From an uncultured delta proteobacterium (GTDB lineage Bacteria; Myxococcota_A; UBA9160; SZUA-336), in contig CAVPHD010000004.1 of the NCBI GenBank assembly GCA_963704165.1, positions 502,800 through 566,799 on the forward strand: a stretch of DNA of 64,000 nucleotides, in the 5' to 3' direction. The notes under the pieces were generated by a model that saw nothing but the letters and a program-made list of their open reading frames with translations, had not been told where the DNA came from and did no database searches. Positions 12,035 through 20,884 of the stretch are shown here, piece after piece (the stretch's first letter is position 1; each line of letters begins with the position of its first letter). The translations under genes and the position numbers were made by a program.

Positions 12035-13110
12035 GCCCGCCGGGCGCATCCGACGAGAGCGAGCGCGCTCGGCTCGAGCTTCTCGACGAGCTGCGCGCAT
12101 CGGTGCGCTCGCTGCGCTTCGAGCTCGACCATCGGTTCGGCATCCGCGATGGCGGTCCGCCCGAGAGCGAAGCTGCGATCGACGACCCGGAGATCGAGGA
12201 CCCGCCGGCCGAGTCCGGTAGCGGCTTCTTCGAGGGGCTCGCCCGCCAGCTTCGCGGGCGCCTCGAGGACATCGACATCGTGAAGCTCTACGAGGCGCTG
12301 CGCGAACGCGTCTCGATCCCGGGCGCGGCGGACGTGTCCGCCGAAGTCGACGAGCTCGGGCTCGATGCGCAGTACCTGACGCGCGCGCGACGCTGGCTCG
12401 ACTGGCTCTTCGACTCGTGGTGGCGCGTGCAGGTCACGGGAATCGAGCTGATCCCGGACGCGAGCCGCGTGCTCTTCGTCGCCAACTCGTCGGGGATCCT
12501 GCCGTGGGATGGCCTGATGGTCGCGCACGCGGTCGAGCGTCTGCACCCCTCCGGCCGGCGTCCCCGTCCGCTCGTCGCGGACTGGCTCGCGACGCTGCCT
12601 TTCTCTCAATCGAGGCTGGCGCGTCTGGGCGCGGTTCGAGCCTGCACCGAGAACGCCGAGCGGCTTCTGCTCGCCGATCAATGGGTGATCGCGTTTCCGG
12701 AGGGACAGAAGGGCGCGCTCAAACCGTTTCGCGATCGCTACCGACTGCGGCGCTTCGCGCGCGGCGGCTTCGTGCCGCTCGCCGCGCGCCTGCGCGCCGC
12801 GATCGTCCCCGTCGCCGTCGTCGGAGCCGAGGAGCTCTACCCGATCCTGTTCGAACCGCGACTGCTTCGACGGCTGTTGGGCGTTCCCGTTCCGATCACC
12901 CCCACGTTCCCACTCCTGGGTCCGCTCGGAGTCATTCCGCTTCCGAGTCACTGGCGGATCCGTTTTGGCGAGCCCATCTGGTTCGACGACGATTCGCGGG
13001 AGCGCGTCTCGGATCCCCTCTACGTGAATCGCACCCGCGAGCAGGTGCGCGGAGCCGTTCAAGCCCTGCTTGAAGAAGAGCTGCCACGTCGCCGATCCAT
13101 ATTCTCCTGA
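12031..13110 (+). CDS. lysophospholipid acyltransferase (PlsC-like) family protein
   Basis: ORF 11989..13110; FPEGQKG motif typical of glycerolipid acyltransferases. Probable GTG start overlapping the upstream stop. Confidence 0.6.
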   Translation: MSPPGASDESERARLELLDELRASVRSLRFELDHRFGIRDGGPPESEAAIDDPEIEDPPAESGSGFFEGLARQLRGRLEDIDIVKLYEALRERVSIPGAADVSAEVDELGLDAQYLTRARRWLDWLFDSWWRVQVTGIELIPDASRVLFVANSSGILPWDGLMVAHAVERLHPSGRRPRPLVADWLATLPFSQSRLARLGAVRACTENAERLLLADQWVIAFPEGQKGALKPFRDRYRLRRFARGGFVPLAARLRAAIVPVAVVGAEELYPILFEPRLLRRLLGVPVPITPTFPLLGPLGVIPLPSHWRIRFGEPIWFDDDSRERVSDPLYVNRTREQVRGAVQALLEEELPRRRSIFS

Positions 13111-13126
13111 TGCGAGATCGTTCCTG

Positions 13127-14689
13127 ATGGCATCGGCGGCCGCGGACTCCTTGCCGGACGAACGGTCGCTTCACGTCTCGCGCGGTACGGGAGCGGCGTG
13201 CGTTCTGGCGCTCATCCTCGCCGTGACGCTCGAGGCGTCCGCACAGGGCGGAGGAGAACGCATCGCGCTGAAGCTGCGCGATGGAAGCCAGGCATCGCTC
13301 GAACGCGGTCAGCTCGTCGCGCGGGGGGCCGATCTGACCGAGCTGCACCGAGTACTGGCGGAGTTCGACCTCCGTCCGGGCGCGTTGTCCCCCACCTTCG
13401 TGCGAAGTCCGGCGGCTCTGCGAGCCGAGCACGCGCTCGCCGAGCGCAGGGGCGGACGCCGGCTCGGTGAGCTCGCGCTCTTCTTCAACCTCGAAGTCGC
13501 GCCGGGAACCGACGTGGCCGCATTCGTCGCCGCGCTCCGCGCGCTCCCCGAGGTCGAGAGCGCCGACCCCTGGCCGAAGCCCGCACCACCGCCGTTCGAC
13601 CTCGATCCACCCACGCCCGACTACTCCGCGCTGCAGACGTTCAAGGCGGCTGCGCCCGTCGGCATCGGCGCCGCCGGCTTCGTCGGAATCACGGGCGCGG
13701 ACGGCTACGGGACACGCTTCGTCGATGTCGAGTACGAGTGGCGCCTCGACCACGAGGATCTCGAGCTTGCCGCGAGTACGGTGGTCCCGGTTGGAACCGC
13801 GGTGAATCCGTTTCCCGACGACGGCAGTCACGGAAATGCGGTGCTCGGCCTGTTGTCCGCGCGCGCGAACGGGTACGGCGTCACCGGGCTCGTGCCGGCG
13901 TCGCAGGTCCGTGTCGCCGCCGCGCAGACGGCGGAGCACGGCTGGGACGTCGGGCGCGCGATCGAGCAGGCGATCGTGGCCTTCGGCCCGACCGTGGGCC
14001 CCGGTGACCTGATCCTGATCGAGCAGCAGATGTACGTCTGCGGTTTCGATGGCTCCGGCGGGGGCCAGACGGGCGCGGGTCCAGTCGAGGGATATCCGGC
14101 CTGGCGTGCCGCGATCGCGACCGCCACGGCGCTCGGTGTCATCGTCGTCGAGGCGGCGGGCAACGGCGGTGTCGATCTCGACGCGCCGAGCTGCAACGGC
14201 GTCTTCGATCGCGGGCTCGGAGATACCGGTGCGATCGTGGTCGGTGCGGGATCGGCTTCGTCGCGCGCGCCGCTCGCCTATGCGTCCTACGGCAGCCGCG
14301 TCGACGTTCAGGGAGTCGCGGAGGGCATCGTGACGCTCGGCGGGGGCTCGCTCTTCGGCGGCGGCGACCCGTTGCAGAAGTATCAGTCGAACTTCGGGGG
14401 CTCTTCGTCCGCCGCTGCGATCGTGGCCGGCGTCGCGCTCGCGGTGCAAGGCCTGCGACGGGCGGGCGGCCACGCGCCGCTCGACCCGTTCGCACTTCGC
14501 GACCTGCTCGTGCAGACCGGCACGCCGCAGGCGCCCGATCCGCGTCAGATCGGGCCGCTGCCGGATCTCGGTCAGGCCTACGCCATCGGTGTACCGGCGC
14601 TGTTGATCCGGACGCTGCCCTACTGGGCGGCGCTCGCGCTGTGTGGGCTGCTGCTCGCCGCCGTCGCGATCCGGATGCGCGCGCGCTAG
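13127..14689 (+). CDS. secreted subtilisin-like serine protease (peptidase S8) with C-terminal Cys-containing TM segment and Arg-rich tail
   Basis: ORF 13070..14689; signal peptide (AACVLALILAVTLEASAQG). S8 His (DGSHGNAV) and Ser (FGGSSSAAAIVAGVA) motifs. C-terminal LALCGLLLAAVAIRMRAR. Confidence 0.85.
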   Translation: MASAAADSLPDERSLHVSRGTGAACVLALILAVTLEASAQGGGERIALKLRDGSQASLERGQLVARGADLTELHRVLAEFDLRPGALSPTFVRSPAALRAEHALAERRGGRRLGELALFFNLEVAPGTDVAAFVAALRALPEVESADPWPKPAPPPFDLDPPTPDYSALQTFKAAAPVGIGAAGFVGITGADGYGTRFVDVEYEWRLDHEDLELAASTVVPVGTAVNPFPDDGSHGNAVLGLLSARANGYGVTGLVPASQVRVAAAQTAEHGWDVGRAIEQAIVAFGPTVGPGDLILIEQQMYVCGFDGSGGGQTGAGPVEGYPAWRAAIATATALGVIVVEAAGNGGVDLDAPSCNGVFDRGLGDTGAIVVGAGSASSRAPLAYASYGSRVDVQGVAEGIVTLGGGSLFGGGDPLQKYQSNFGGSSSAAAIVAGVALAVQGLRRAGGHAPLDPFALRDLLVQTGTPQAPDPRQIGPLPDLGQAYAIGVPALLIRTLPYWAALALCGLLLAAVAIRMRAR

Positions 14690-15255
14690 AGGGAGCGCTC
14701 GCGCGGACGATCCACGGTCGCGAGTCGGGCCTCGAAGCTCTCGAGCGCGGTCGCGAGCCGTTCGAGGTTCTTGTTCAGCGCCTCGAGGTCGCCGCGCGTC
14801 GGCAGATCGGCCACGTGCAGCACGTGCTCGACCGCGGCGTGGACCGTTCGCGTGATCTCGGACGGGTCGAACGGTGCGCCGTCGCCAGGAGTACGAATCC
14901 AGCGTCGCATGTTGTCGCGCATCTCGTTCAGGTTGGTCTCGACGTCCCCTACACCGCGCCGCACCAGGCTGTAGAGGGCGTCTCCACCGCGTTGGATCAG
15001 CTCGGTGAGAAGCGTGCCGGAGACTGCAGAGTCGCGGTCTCCGCGATTCCCCCGCTGATCATCCACCAGGATCTGCGACAGCACGATCGGCGTGATCTCC
15101 TCGCCGGTCTCGTTGTCGATCACGCAGATGTCGTGACCCTCGCGCACGAGCTCGGAGATCCCTTTCAACGTGATGTACCGGCTCGACTCCGTGTTGTAGA
15201 GCTTCCGGTTCGCGTAGCGCTTGATCAGGATCGCCATCGGTCGCGAGTATCCCAC
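14686..15255 (-). CDS. phaR: polyhydroxyalkanoate synthesis repressor PhaR
   Basis: MAILIKRYANRKLYNTESSRYITLKGISELVREGHDICVIDNETGEEITPIVLSQIL matches the PhaR N-terminal DNA-binding domain; likely start at the internal M (about 15237). Confidence 0.8.
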   Translation of the reverse strand: MGYSRPMAILIKRYANRKLYNTESSRYITLKGISELVREGHDICVIDNETGEEITPIVLSQILVDDQRGNRGDRDSAVSGTLLTELIQRGGDALYSLVRRGVGDVETNLNEMRDNMRRWIRTPGDGAPFDPSEITRTVHAAVEHVLHVADLPTRGDLEALNKNLERLATALESFEARLATVDRPRERSL

Positions 15256-15542
15256 CGCACCTTGGGTCGGTCAAACCCTTCGCGCTCGCGCTTCCGTCGC
15301 GTGTGGACGCTCGGCGCGATCGCATCGGAGAGCGCGGCGAAGATCTCGCGCACGCGCTCGGCGGCCGGATCGTGGGCGGCGCGCTCCGCCCAGCGCTTCT
15401 CTTCCGCGCGAAGTGCGGCGCGCACGCGCTCGAGGGAAGGCGCGCTTCCGCCGAGCACGCTGGCCCCGGAAGCGAGCGCGAGAGCGAGCTCTTGCGCGGA
15501 GCGCACGAGATGCTCGAGCGCGCGTTGACCGGGGTCAGGCAT
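15225..15542 (-). CDS. hypothetical small helical protein, translationally coupled between ArsA-like ATPase and phaR
   Basis: 105-aa ORF; start overlaps the stop of the upstream ArsA-like gene and its end overlaps the phaR start. Alpha-helical Ala/Glu/Arg-rich composition. Confidence 0.35.
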   Translation of the reverse strand: MPDPGQRALEHLVRSAQELALALASGASVLGGSAPSLERVRAALRAEEKRWAERAAHDPAAERVREIFAALSDAIAPSVHTRRKREREGFDRPKVRWDTRDRWRS

Positions 15543-16713
15543 CGGCCTTCGGCGCGAAGATCAGACTCCCGATGCGCGCGAGCGCCTCGAGCTCGTGAAC
15601 GTCCTCGCTGAAGAGCGGCACCACGCGCACGGCATCGGCCTCGAGCGGCAGTGCCTTCTCGAGCCGTGCCCGCACCGCGAGGTCGCGACGCGCGAGCGCG
15701 GCCTGCGCCCGCGTCGACGCGACCAACGCGCGCGCGCTGCTCGCGGAGTCGAGTTCGGGCGCGGCCGCGTCGATCGCGCCCGTCAGCCACGAGATCGCGC
15801 GCTCCACTTCCTGAACGTCGTCGGCGGGAGGATCGCCGGCGCCGGGCCAGGTGTGCACGCGATTCAAGACCAGTCCGGCGAGCTGGATCCCTTCCTCTTG
15901 CAGACGCCGCCAGAAGGATTCCGCGCTCTTCGCCTGTTGGAGATCGGGCCCCGCCACCAGCACGAAGCCGCAGATCGGGTCGCGAAGCAGACCGGCGACC
16001 TCGCGCGCGCGCTCGGAGAAGCCGCCGAGCATCTCCTCGAAGGCGAGCAGGAACTCGGAGATCGACGTCAGGAACTCGAGTCCGGTGATCCGCTCGAGAC
16101 CGCGCATCATCAGCTCCGACCCGGAGCGGAAGAGGCGAAAGCTGGCCCGTCCGACGACCGCGGCGGGGTGGAGGAGCACCGTCAGGAACTGGCTCTCGAG
16201 AAATCCGGCGAGCCGGCGCGGCGCGTCCAGGAAGTCGAGCGCGTGGGAGGCGGGGGGCGTGTCGAGCACGATCAGATCGTACTCCCCGTCGGCGTGGATC
16301 TGGCGCAGCTTTTCCATCGCCGAGTACTCGCGGCTCCCGCCGAGCGCGTCGGTCAGGTTTCGATAGATCGGATTCGAGTAGATCCGCGCGCGCGCGTCCG
16401 GATCGGAGGCGAAGCGCTCGACGAGCTCGTCGAACGTGCGCTTGGTGTCGAGCATGAGTGCGGCGAGCTTGCCGTCGCCCGTCACACCCGCTTCGCGCAG
16501 TCGGTCGCGCGGAACCTCGCGGGGAACGTGGTCGAGCGCGCCGGTTCCCAGCGCGTCCGCGAGCCGTCGCGCGGGATCGATCGTCATCACGAGCACGGAC
16601 TTCCCGGCGCGCGCGCCGGCGAGGCCCAGCGCTGCGGCGATGGTGGTCTTGCCGACGCCTCCGGTGCCGACGGTGACGAGAACGCGACAGTCGAGCCAGC
16701 GTTCGGGTTTCAC
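15535..16713 (-). CDS. ArsA/GET3-family anion-transporting-type ATPase (second of tandem pair)
   Basis: Lower part of ORF 15535..17763; VKPERWLDCRVLVTVGTGGVGKTTIAAALG... with deviant Walker A and ArsA signature DTPPASHALDFLDAP. GTG start overlaps the stop of the upstream ArsA gene (GTGA). Confidence 0.85.
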   Translation of the reverse strand: MKPERWLDCRVLVTVGTGGVGKTTIAAALGLAGARAGKSVLVMTIDPARRLADALGTGALDHVPREVPRDRLREAGVTGDGKLAALMLDTKRTFDELVERFASDPDARARIYSNPIYRNLTDALGGSREYSAMEKLRQIHADGEYDLIVLDTPPASHALDFLDAPRRLAGFLESQFLTVLLHPAAVVGRASFRLFRSGSELMMRGLERITGLEFLTSISEFLLAFEEMLGGFSERAREVAGLLRDPICGFVLVAGPDLQQAKSAESFWRRLQEEGIQLAGLVLNRVHTWPGAGDPPADDVQEVERAISWLTGAIDAAAPELDSASSARALVASTRAQAALARRDLAVRARLEKALPLEADAVRVVPLFSEDVHELEALARIGSLIFAPKADA

Positions 16714-17711
16714 TTCGAGACCTCGGCTCGCGACTGCGCGAGCGCCGCTCCGAGATGATCGGCGAGCGCGGCGACGCCGGATGGACCATCCACGCCCTGA
16801 TCGAGCCAGGGCAGAACGACCGGAGCGACGCCGAACTCGCCTTCGAGTCGGGCGAGGAACCCCGCCTGCATGCGCGTGCGAGAGAGCCGATGTCGCACGG
16901 AGGCACAGAGCGCGACGGGCTCCACGAGCGGAGACGGGGCGCTCGCGGCGTCGAGGGACGCGACGACCTCCAGCACGCGCTCGGCGTCGGGCAGCGCGAG
17001 CGGGGGCTCGACTCCGTTCGCGATCACCGGACCGAGCGCGAGCCCGAGCTCGCGAATCCGCGCGCGCAGCTCGAGCGTCTCGTTCACCGGTAGCTCCTCG
17101 AGCAGGCTGACGATCAGGACCGCCGTTCGAGCGGGGTCCGTGAGCAGCGCTTGAACCAGATCGGTGTTCCGGCGAAGCGGGCCGATCCGCACGGTGTCGA
17201 GGATCACCGTCGGGGTCGAGAGCAGGGAGAGCCCATGGCCGGTCGCGGGTGCGTCGATCACGATCAGCGGCCAGAGCGCTGATCCCTTCGAATCCTCGAG
17301 CGAGACCAGGTGCCAGAGCTTTCCCAGCGTGATCAGCTCGCGCCAGCCGGGCGCCGCCTCGAGAAAGCGTTGGAAGCCCGCGTTCCCGACGATCGCCCGC
17401 GCCAGGGCGCGCACGCGGATCTGCAGCTCCAGGTATTCGAGCAGGGCCTCCTCGGGAAGGATCCGAAGCGTGAACAGATTGGGCGCAGCCCGGACCGGAT
17501 CGCGCCGCGGGTTCGCACTTGCGAGAGGCCGGTTCTCGCAGAGCAGATCCGGCAGCACCGACGTGTGGCCGAGCTCGACGACGAGCGTTTTGACGCCGGC
17601 GTCCGAGGCGAGTCGGCCGAGCGCCGCGGCGACGCTCGTCTTGCCGGTGCCACCCTTGCCGGTGACGAGCAAGAGGCGCCGCGCGAGCAGTTGCTTCGTC
17701 AGTTCCGACAT
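16710..17711 (-). CDS. ArsA/GET3-family ATPase (first of tandem pair)
   Basis: 333 aa: LLLVTGKGGTGKTSVAAALG..., IVIDAPATGHGLSLLSTP (ArsA DTAPTGHT-like motif). Confidence 0.85.
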   Translation of the reverse strand: MSELTKQLLARRLLLVTGKGGTGKTSVAAALGRLASDAGVKTLVVELGHTSVLPDLLCENRPLASANPRRDPVRAAPNLFTLRILPEEALLEYLELQIRVRALARAIVGNAGFQRFLEAAPGWRELITLGKLWHLVSLEDSKGSALWPLIVIDAPATGHGLSLLSTPTVILDTVRIGPLRRNTDLVQALLTDPARTAVLIVSLLEELPVNETLELRARIRELGLALGPVIANGVEPPLALPDAERVLEVVASLDAASAPSPLVEPVALCASVRHRLSRTRMQAGFLARLEGEFGVAPVVLPWLDQGVDGPSGVAALADHLGAALAQSRAEVSK

Positions 17712-17765
17712 CGGCGCACCTCAAGCGGAGCGACGCTCGCGCCGACCGGGGAGTGGGGCCCATGA

Positions 17766-19217
17766 ATGACCGTTGAGTGCGAGAAATGCCAGACGCGCTT
17801 CCACGTCGCCGATGCCCGCATTCCCGCCAAGGGTGCGCGCGTCCGCTGCTCGCGTTGCCACCATCGGTTCCACATCACCCTGTCTTCCGCCGCGCCCGGG
17901 CAGTCGACCGCCGCAGCCAAGGATAACGCGGCCGAGGAGATCCTCGGCGGCGAGGCCGCGCGCGAAGAAGACCAGCTCGACAATCCGGAGTTCATCTTCG
18001 ATCGGCCGGAGGGTGACCACGGAAGGACCGGTTCCGTTCGTACCGACCTCGCCGACTCGGGACGCCAACAGCCGCATCTCGCCGAGCCGCCGGAACCCGC
18101 GACGCCGCCCGCACCTCGGGAGGAGCGCGTCGTTTCGAGCGGAGGGGTGACCGCGCAGCAGATGCTCGACGAGGGTGTTCCGGATCTACCGACGGGCCGC
18201 ATCGACGTTCTCGGCTCGCTCGGCGAGACCGACAGCCTGATCGGCAGCCCGGACGAACCGAATGTCTCGACCGCGAGCACGGAGCTCGATGACGCGTTCA
18301 CCGAGTCGAGCGAATCGCTCGCGGTCGTTCCGCCCGCTCGCCCGGCCTCCGCCGAGATCGCCGCGATCGCGGCGGAGCTCGGCGAGGACGAGGACAGCTC
18401 CTTCGCCGATTGGGATCCGCTCTCGACGCCCGCATCCACGCCGGCCGCGGGGATGGTCGAAGCGCCGGCGCCGGCGCCGACACCGGCGACGAAGACGGTT
18501 CTCGACTCGATCCAACCCAAGCCCGCAGCTCGACCCAAGCGGCGTGCGTTGGCCGAGGCCCCGACCTTCGATCCCGAAGCGGTGAGTCCCATCCGTCTGA
18601 TTCTGCGGGTCGCCGCCGTGATCGTCGGCTTGGCGCTCCTGGGTGCCGCCGGCCGCATACTCTGGCTCCAGCGCGGCGGCGATTCATCGGCGCCCGAGGT
18701 CGTGCAGGCGGCGGGCTGGATCGCGGCGGATCTCGAGACCTTCGTCGCGCGAAACGCGGACGGCGAGCGCGTGGTCGTCGTGCGGGGAAACCTGTTCCCG
18801 GAGGGCTCGGCCCCGCCTCCCCGGGTCGAGGTACGACTGCTCGGCGCAGATGGTGAGGCGCTCGTGGTCTCCCCGAGGACCTGGCTCGAGCGGATCGACG
18901 ACGCCGAGATCGCGCCTGAGCGACTCGAACTCCGACTGGCGCAGGCGGGTGGCGACATCGCCGGCATGGGCCAGATGGTCACAGGCTTCACGGCGGTGAT
19001 TCCCGATCCGCCGCCGGGCATCCACCGCGTCGAGGTTTCGCTGAGAGCGCCCGAGCGAACCCCGGCCGGTACGGCCACGGCCGACGTTCCAGCGGCGCCG
19101 CCCGCCGACGAGCCCGCGGCCGCCCCAGCGACCGAGACCGCGTCGCCGAGTCCTGCGGCGTCCTCGGGCCTCCCGGAGTCGGACGCGGTCGTTCCCGCTG
19201 CACCCGCGCCGGAGTAG
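17766..19217 (+). CDS. MJ0042-type zinc-ribbon domain protein with Pro/Ala-rich linker, TM segment and DUF3426-like C-terminal domain
   Basis: N-terminus MTVECEKCQTRFHVADARIPAKGARVRCSRCHHRFHI (CxxC...CxxC zinc ribbon). Long low-complexity P/A/E-rich middle. TM (ILRVAAVIVGLALLGAAG) followed by a globular C-terminal domain. Confidence 0.75.
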   Translation: MTVECEKCQTRFHVADARIPAKGARVRCSRCHHRFHITLSSAAPGQSTAAAKDNAAEEILGGEAAREEDQLDNPEFIFDRPEGDHGRTGSVRTDLADSGRQQPHLAEPPEPATPPAPREERVVSSGGVTAQQMLDEGVPDLPTGRIDVLGSLGETDSLIGSPDEPNVSTASTELDDAFTESSESLAVVPPARPASAEIAAIAAELGEDEDSSFADWDPLSTPASTPAAGMVEAPAPAPTPATKTVLDSIQPKPAARPKRRALAEAPTFDPEAVSPIRLILRVAAVIVGLALLGAAGRILWLQRGGDSSAPEVVQAAGWIAADLETFVARNADGERVVVVRGNLFPEGSAPPPRVEVRLLGADGEALVVSPRTWLERIDDAEIAPERLELRLAQAGGDIAGMGQMVTGFTAVIPDPPPGIHRVEVSLRAPERTPAGTATADVPAAPPADEPAAAPATETASPSPAASSGLPESDAVVPAAPAPE

Positions 19218-19231
19218 CCTCGAGGCTACTC
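19214..19231. terminator. perfect palindrome between convergent genes (putative bidirectional terminator hairpin)
   Basis: GTAGCCTCGAGGCTAC lies exactly between the stop of the zinc-ribbon gene (+) and the stop of tatA (-); no obvious U-tract. Confidence 0.3.
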
Positions 19232-19414
19232 GTTCTTCTCGTCGTCACCGTTCTTGGGCGTGACGTCGATCGCGGTCGGCTCCTTCAGCGCGCCCCGGAA
19301 GTTCTTGATGCCCTCGCCGAGGCCCTTTCCGATCTGCGGCAGACGGCTCGCCCCGAAGATCACGATCACGATCGCGAGGAGGATCAGGAGCTCGGTTGCG
19401 CCAATGCCGAACAT
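19226..19414 (-). CDS. tatA: twin-arginine translocase subunit TatA/E
   Basis: 62 aa: [43 protein letters not shown], a canonical TatA. Confidence 0.9.
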   Translation of the reverse strand: MFGIGATELLILLAIVIVIFGASRLPQIGKGLGEGIKNFRGALKEPTAIDVTPKNGDDEKNE

Positions 19415-19476
19415 GACCGGAGGTTCGGCGACGGCCGAGTTGAAGTCAACCGGTCGACCCGGAACACTGCACGCAC

Positions 19477-20829
19477 ATGAAGTCTGCGATCTTCAAGGCC
19501 TACGACATCCGCGGTCTCGTTCCCGAGGAGCTCGACGCGCCCGCCGCGCTCGCGATCGGCCGCGCGCTCGCGCGAAAGCTCGGCCCGGGCACCGTCGCGG
19601 TCGGCTTCGACATGCGCACCAGCGCCGCCACGCTTCACGAGGCGTTCGTCGCCGGACTTCGCGGTGAGGGGGCCGACGTCGTCGACATCGGACGCGTCGC
19701 GACGCCGATCCTGAATTTCGCAACGGCGAAGCTGCGAACCGTCGGCGGCGCGATGATCACGGCTTCGCACAATCCCGGCGCTTACAACGGGTTCAAGCTC
19801 TGCGGTCCGAATGCCGCGCCGATCGGGATCGAGTCGGGACTTCGCGAGGTCCGGGACGTCGCACTCGGTCTCCACGGGCAACCGGCGCCGGCCCCGCGCG
19901 GAACGCTGCGCCGCGAGGACGTGAAGCCGCGCTACTACGAGATGCTGCTCGAGCTGTTTCCATCGCGGCCGCGACTGCGCGCCGTGATCGATGCCGGAAA
20001 CGGGATCGCGGGCGAAGCCTTCTCGGGCCTGCTCGACCGGCTGCCGCTCGACGCGAAGCGCTTGTACTTCGAACCCGACGGGACCTTTCCCAACCACGAA
20101 GCCGACCCGCTCAAGCTCGAGAACCTCGCGGACTTGCGAGAAGCGGTACTCGCCGAGCGCGCGGACCTCGGCATCGCGTTCGACGGCGACGGCGACCGGG
20201 CGGTCTTCGTCGATGAGACCGGAGAGCCGATCCCCGCGGACCTTCTGACCGCGCTCTTCTGTGAAGTCATCCTCGAGCGCGGGCTGCTCGGCGCGGGAGC
20301 GGGCGCCTCGATGCTCTACGACCTGCGCTCGAGCCGGATCGTGCCCGAGACGCTTCGCGCGCGCGGCGCGGTGCCGATCCGCAGCCGCGTCGGCCACGCC
20401 TTCATGAAGGCCGTGATGCGCGAGCGCGGCGCCTGTTTCGGCGGCGAGCTCTCGGGCCACTACTACTTCCGGTTTCCCGCGGGATACATCGGCGACGATG
20501 GCGCGGCCGCGGTGATGCTCCTGCTCGAGGCGCTCGCGACGCGCAAGCAAAAGCTCTCGACGCTGTGGCGGCCGTATCGACGATACCGGCAGAGCGGCGA
20601 GATCAATCGGCGCGTCGCTGACGTTCCCGCGACGCTCGCGCGCGTTCGTGCTGCGCACGCGGCGGGTGAAGCCGACGAGCTCGACGGGCTCACCGTCAAC
20701 TATCCCGACTGGTGGTTCAATCTGCGCCCGTCGAACACCGAGCCTCTTCTGCGCCTGAACCTCGAGGCCGCGAGCGACGCCGAGGTCGCCGCGAAGCGCG
20801 ACGCCCTGCTCGCGCTGATCGAAGGCTGA
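19477..20829 (+). CDS. phosphomannomutase/phosphoglucomutase (alpha-D-phosphohexomutase family)
   Basis: 450 aa: KAYDIRG N-terminus, active-site [13 protein letters not shown], metal-binding DGDGDR. Confidence 0.88.
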   Translation: MKSAIFKAYDIRGLVPEELDAPAALAIGRALARKLGPGTVAVGFDMRTSAATLHEAFVAGLRGEGADVVDIGRVATPILNFATAKLRTVGGAMITASHNPGAYNGFKLCGPNAAPIGIESGLREVRDVALGLHGQPAPAPRGTLRREDVKPRYYEMLLELFPSRPRLRAVIDAGNGIAGEAFSGLLDRLPLDAKRLYFEPDGTFPNHEADPLKLENLADLREAVLAERADLGIAFDGDGDRAVFVDETGEPIPADLLTALFCEVILERGLLGAGAGASMLYDLRSSRIVPETLRARGAVPIRSRVGHAFMKAVMRERGACFGGELSGHYYFRFPAGYIGDDGAAAVMLLLEALATRKQKLSTLWRPYRRYRQSGEINRRVADVPATLARVRAAHAAGEADELDGLTVNYPDWWFNLRPSNTEPLLRLNLEAASDAEVAAKRDALLALIEG

Positions 20830-20884
20830 GATCGCGCGCCGGGGTTTCCTCGCCGGGCCGGACGTCCTCCGGCGCGGCTTCGCA

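Noticed and set aside
15535-17711. Interpretation of the ArsA pair as an arsenic-resistance operon
   Set aside because: No arsR, arsB/acr3, arsC or arsD homologues anywhere in the window. The genes are coupled to phaR instead. ArsA-family membership alone is insufficient to infer arsenite pumping.
15535-17763. 742-aa ORF suggesting a single double-domain ArsA
   Set aside because: The upstream ArsA (16710-17711) is in a different frame and ends with TGA overlapped by the GTG start of the second copy. These are two separate half-size ArsA genes, not one fused gene. The N-terminal 350 aa of the 742-aa ORF is Arg/Ala-rich off-frame translation.
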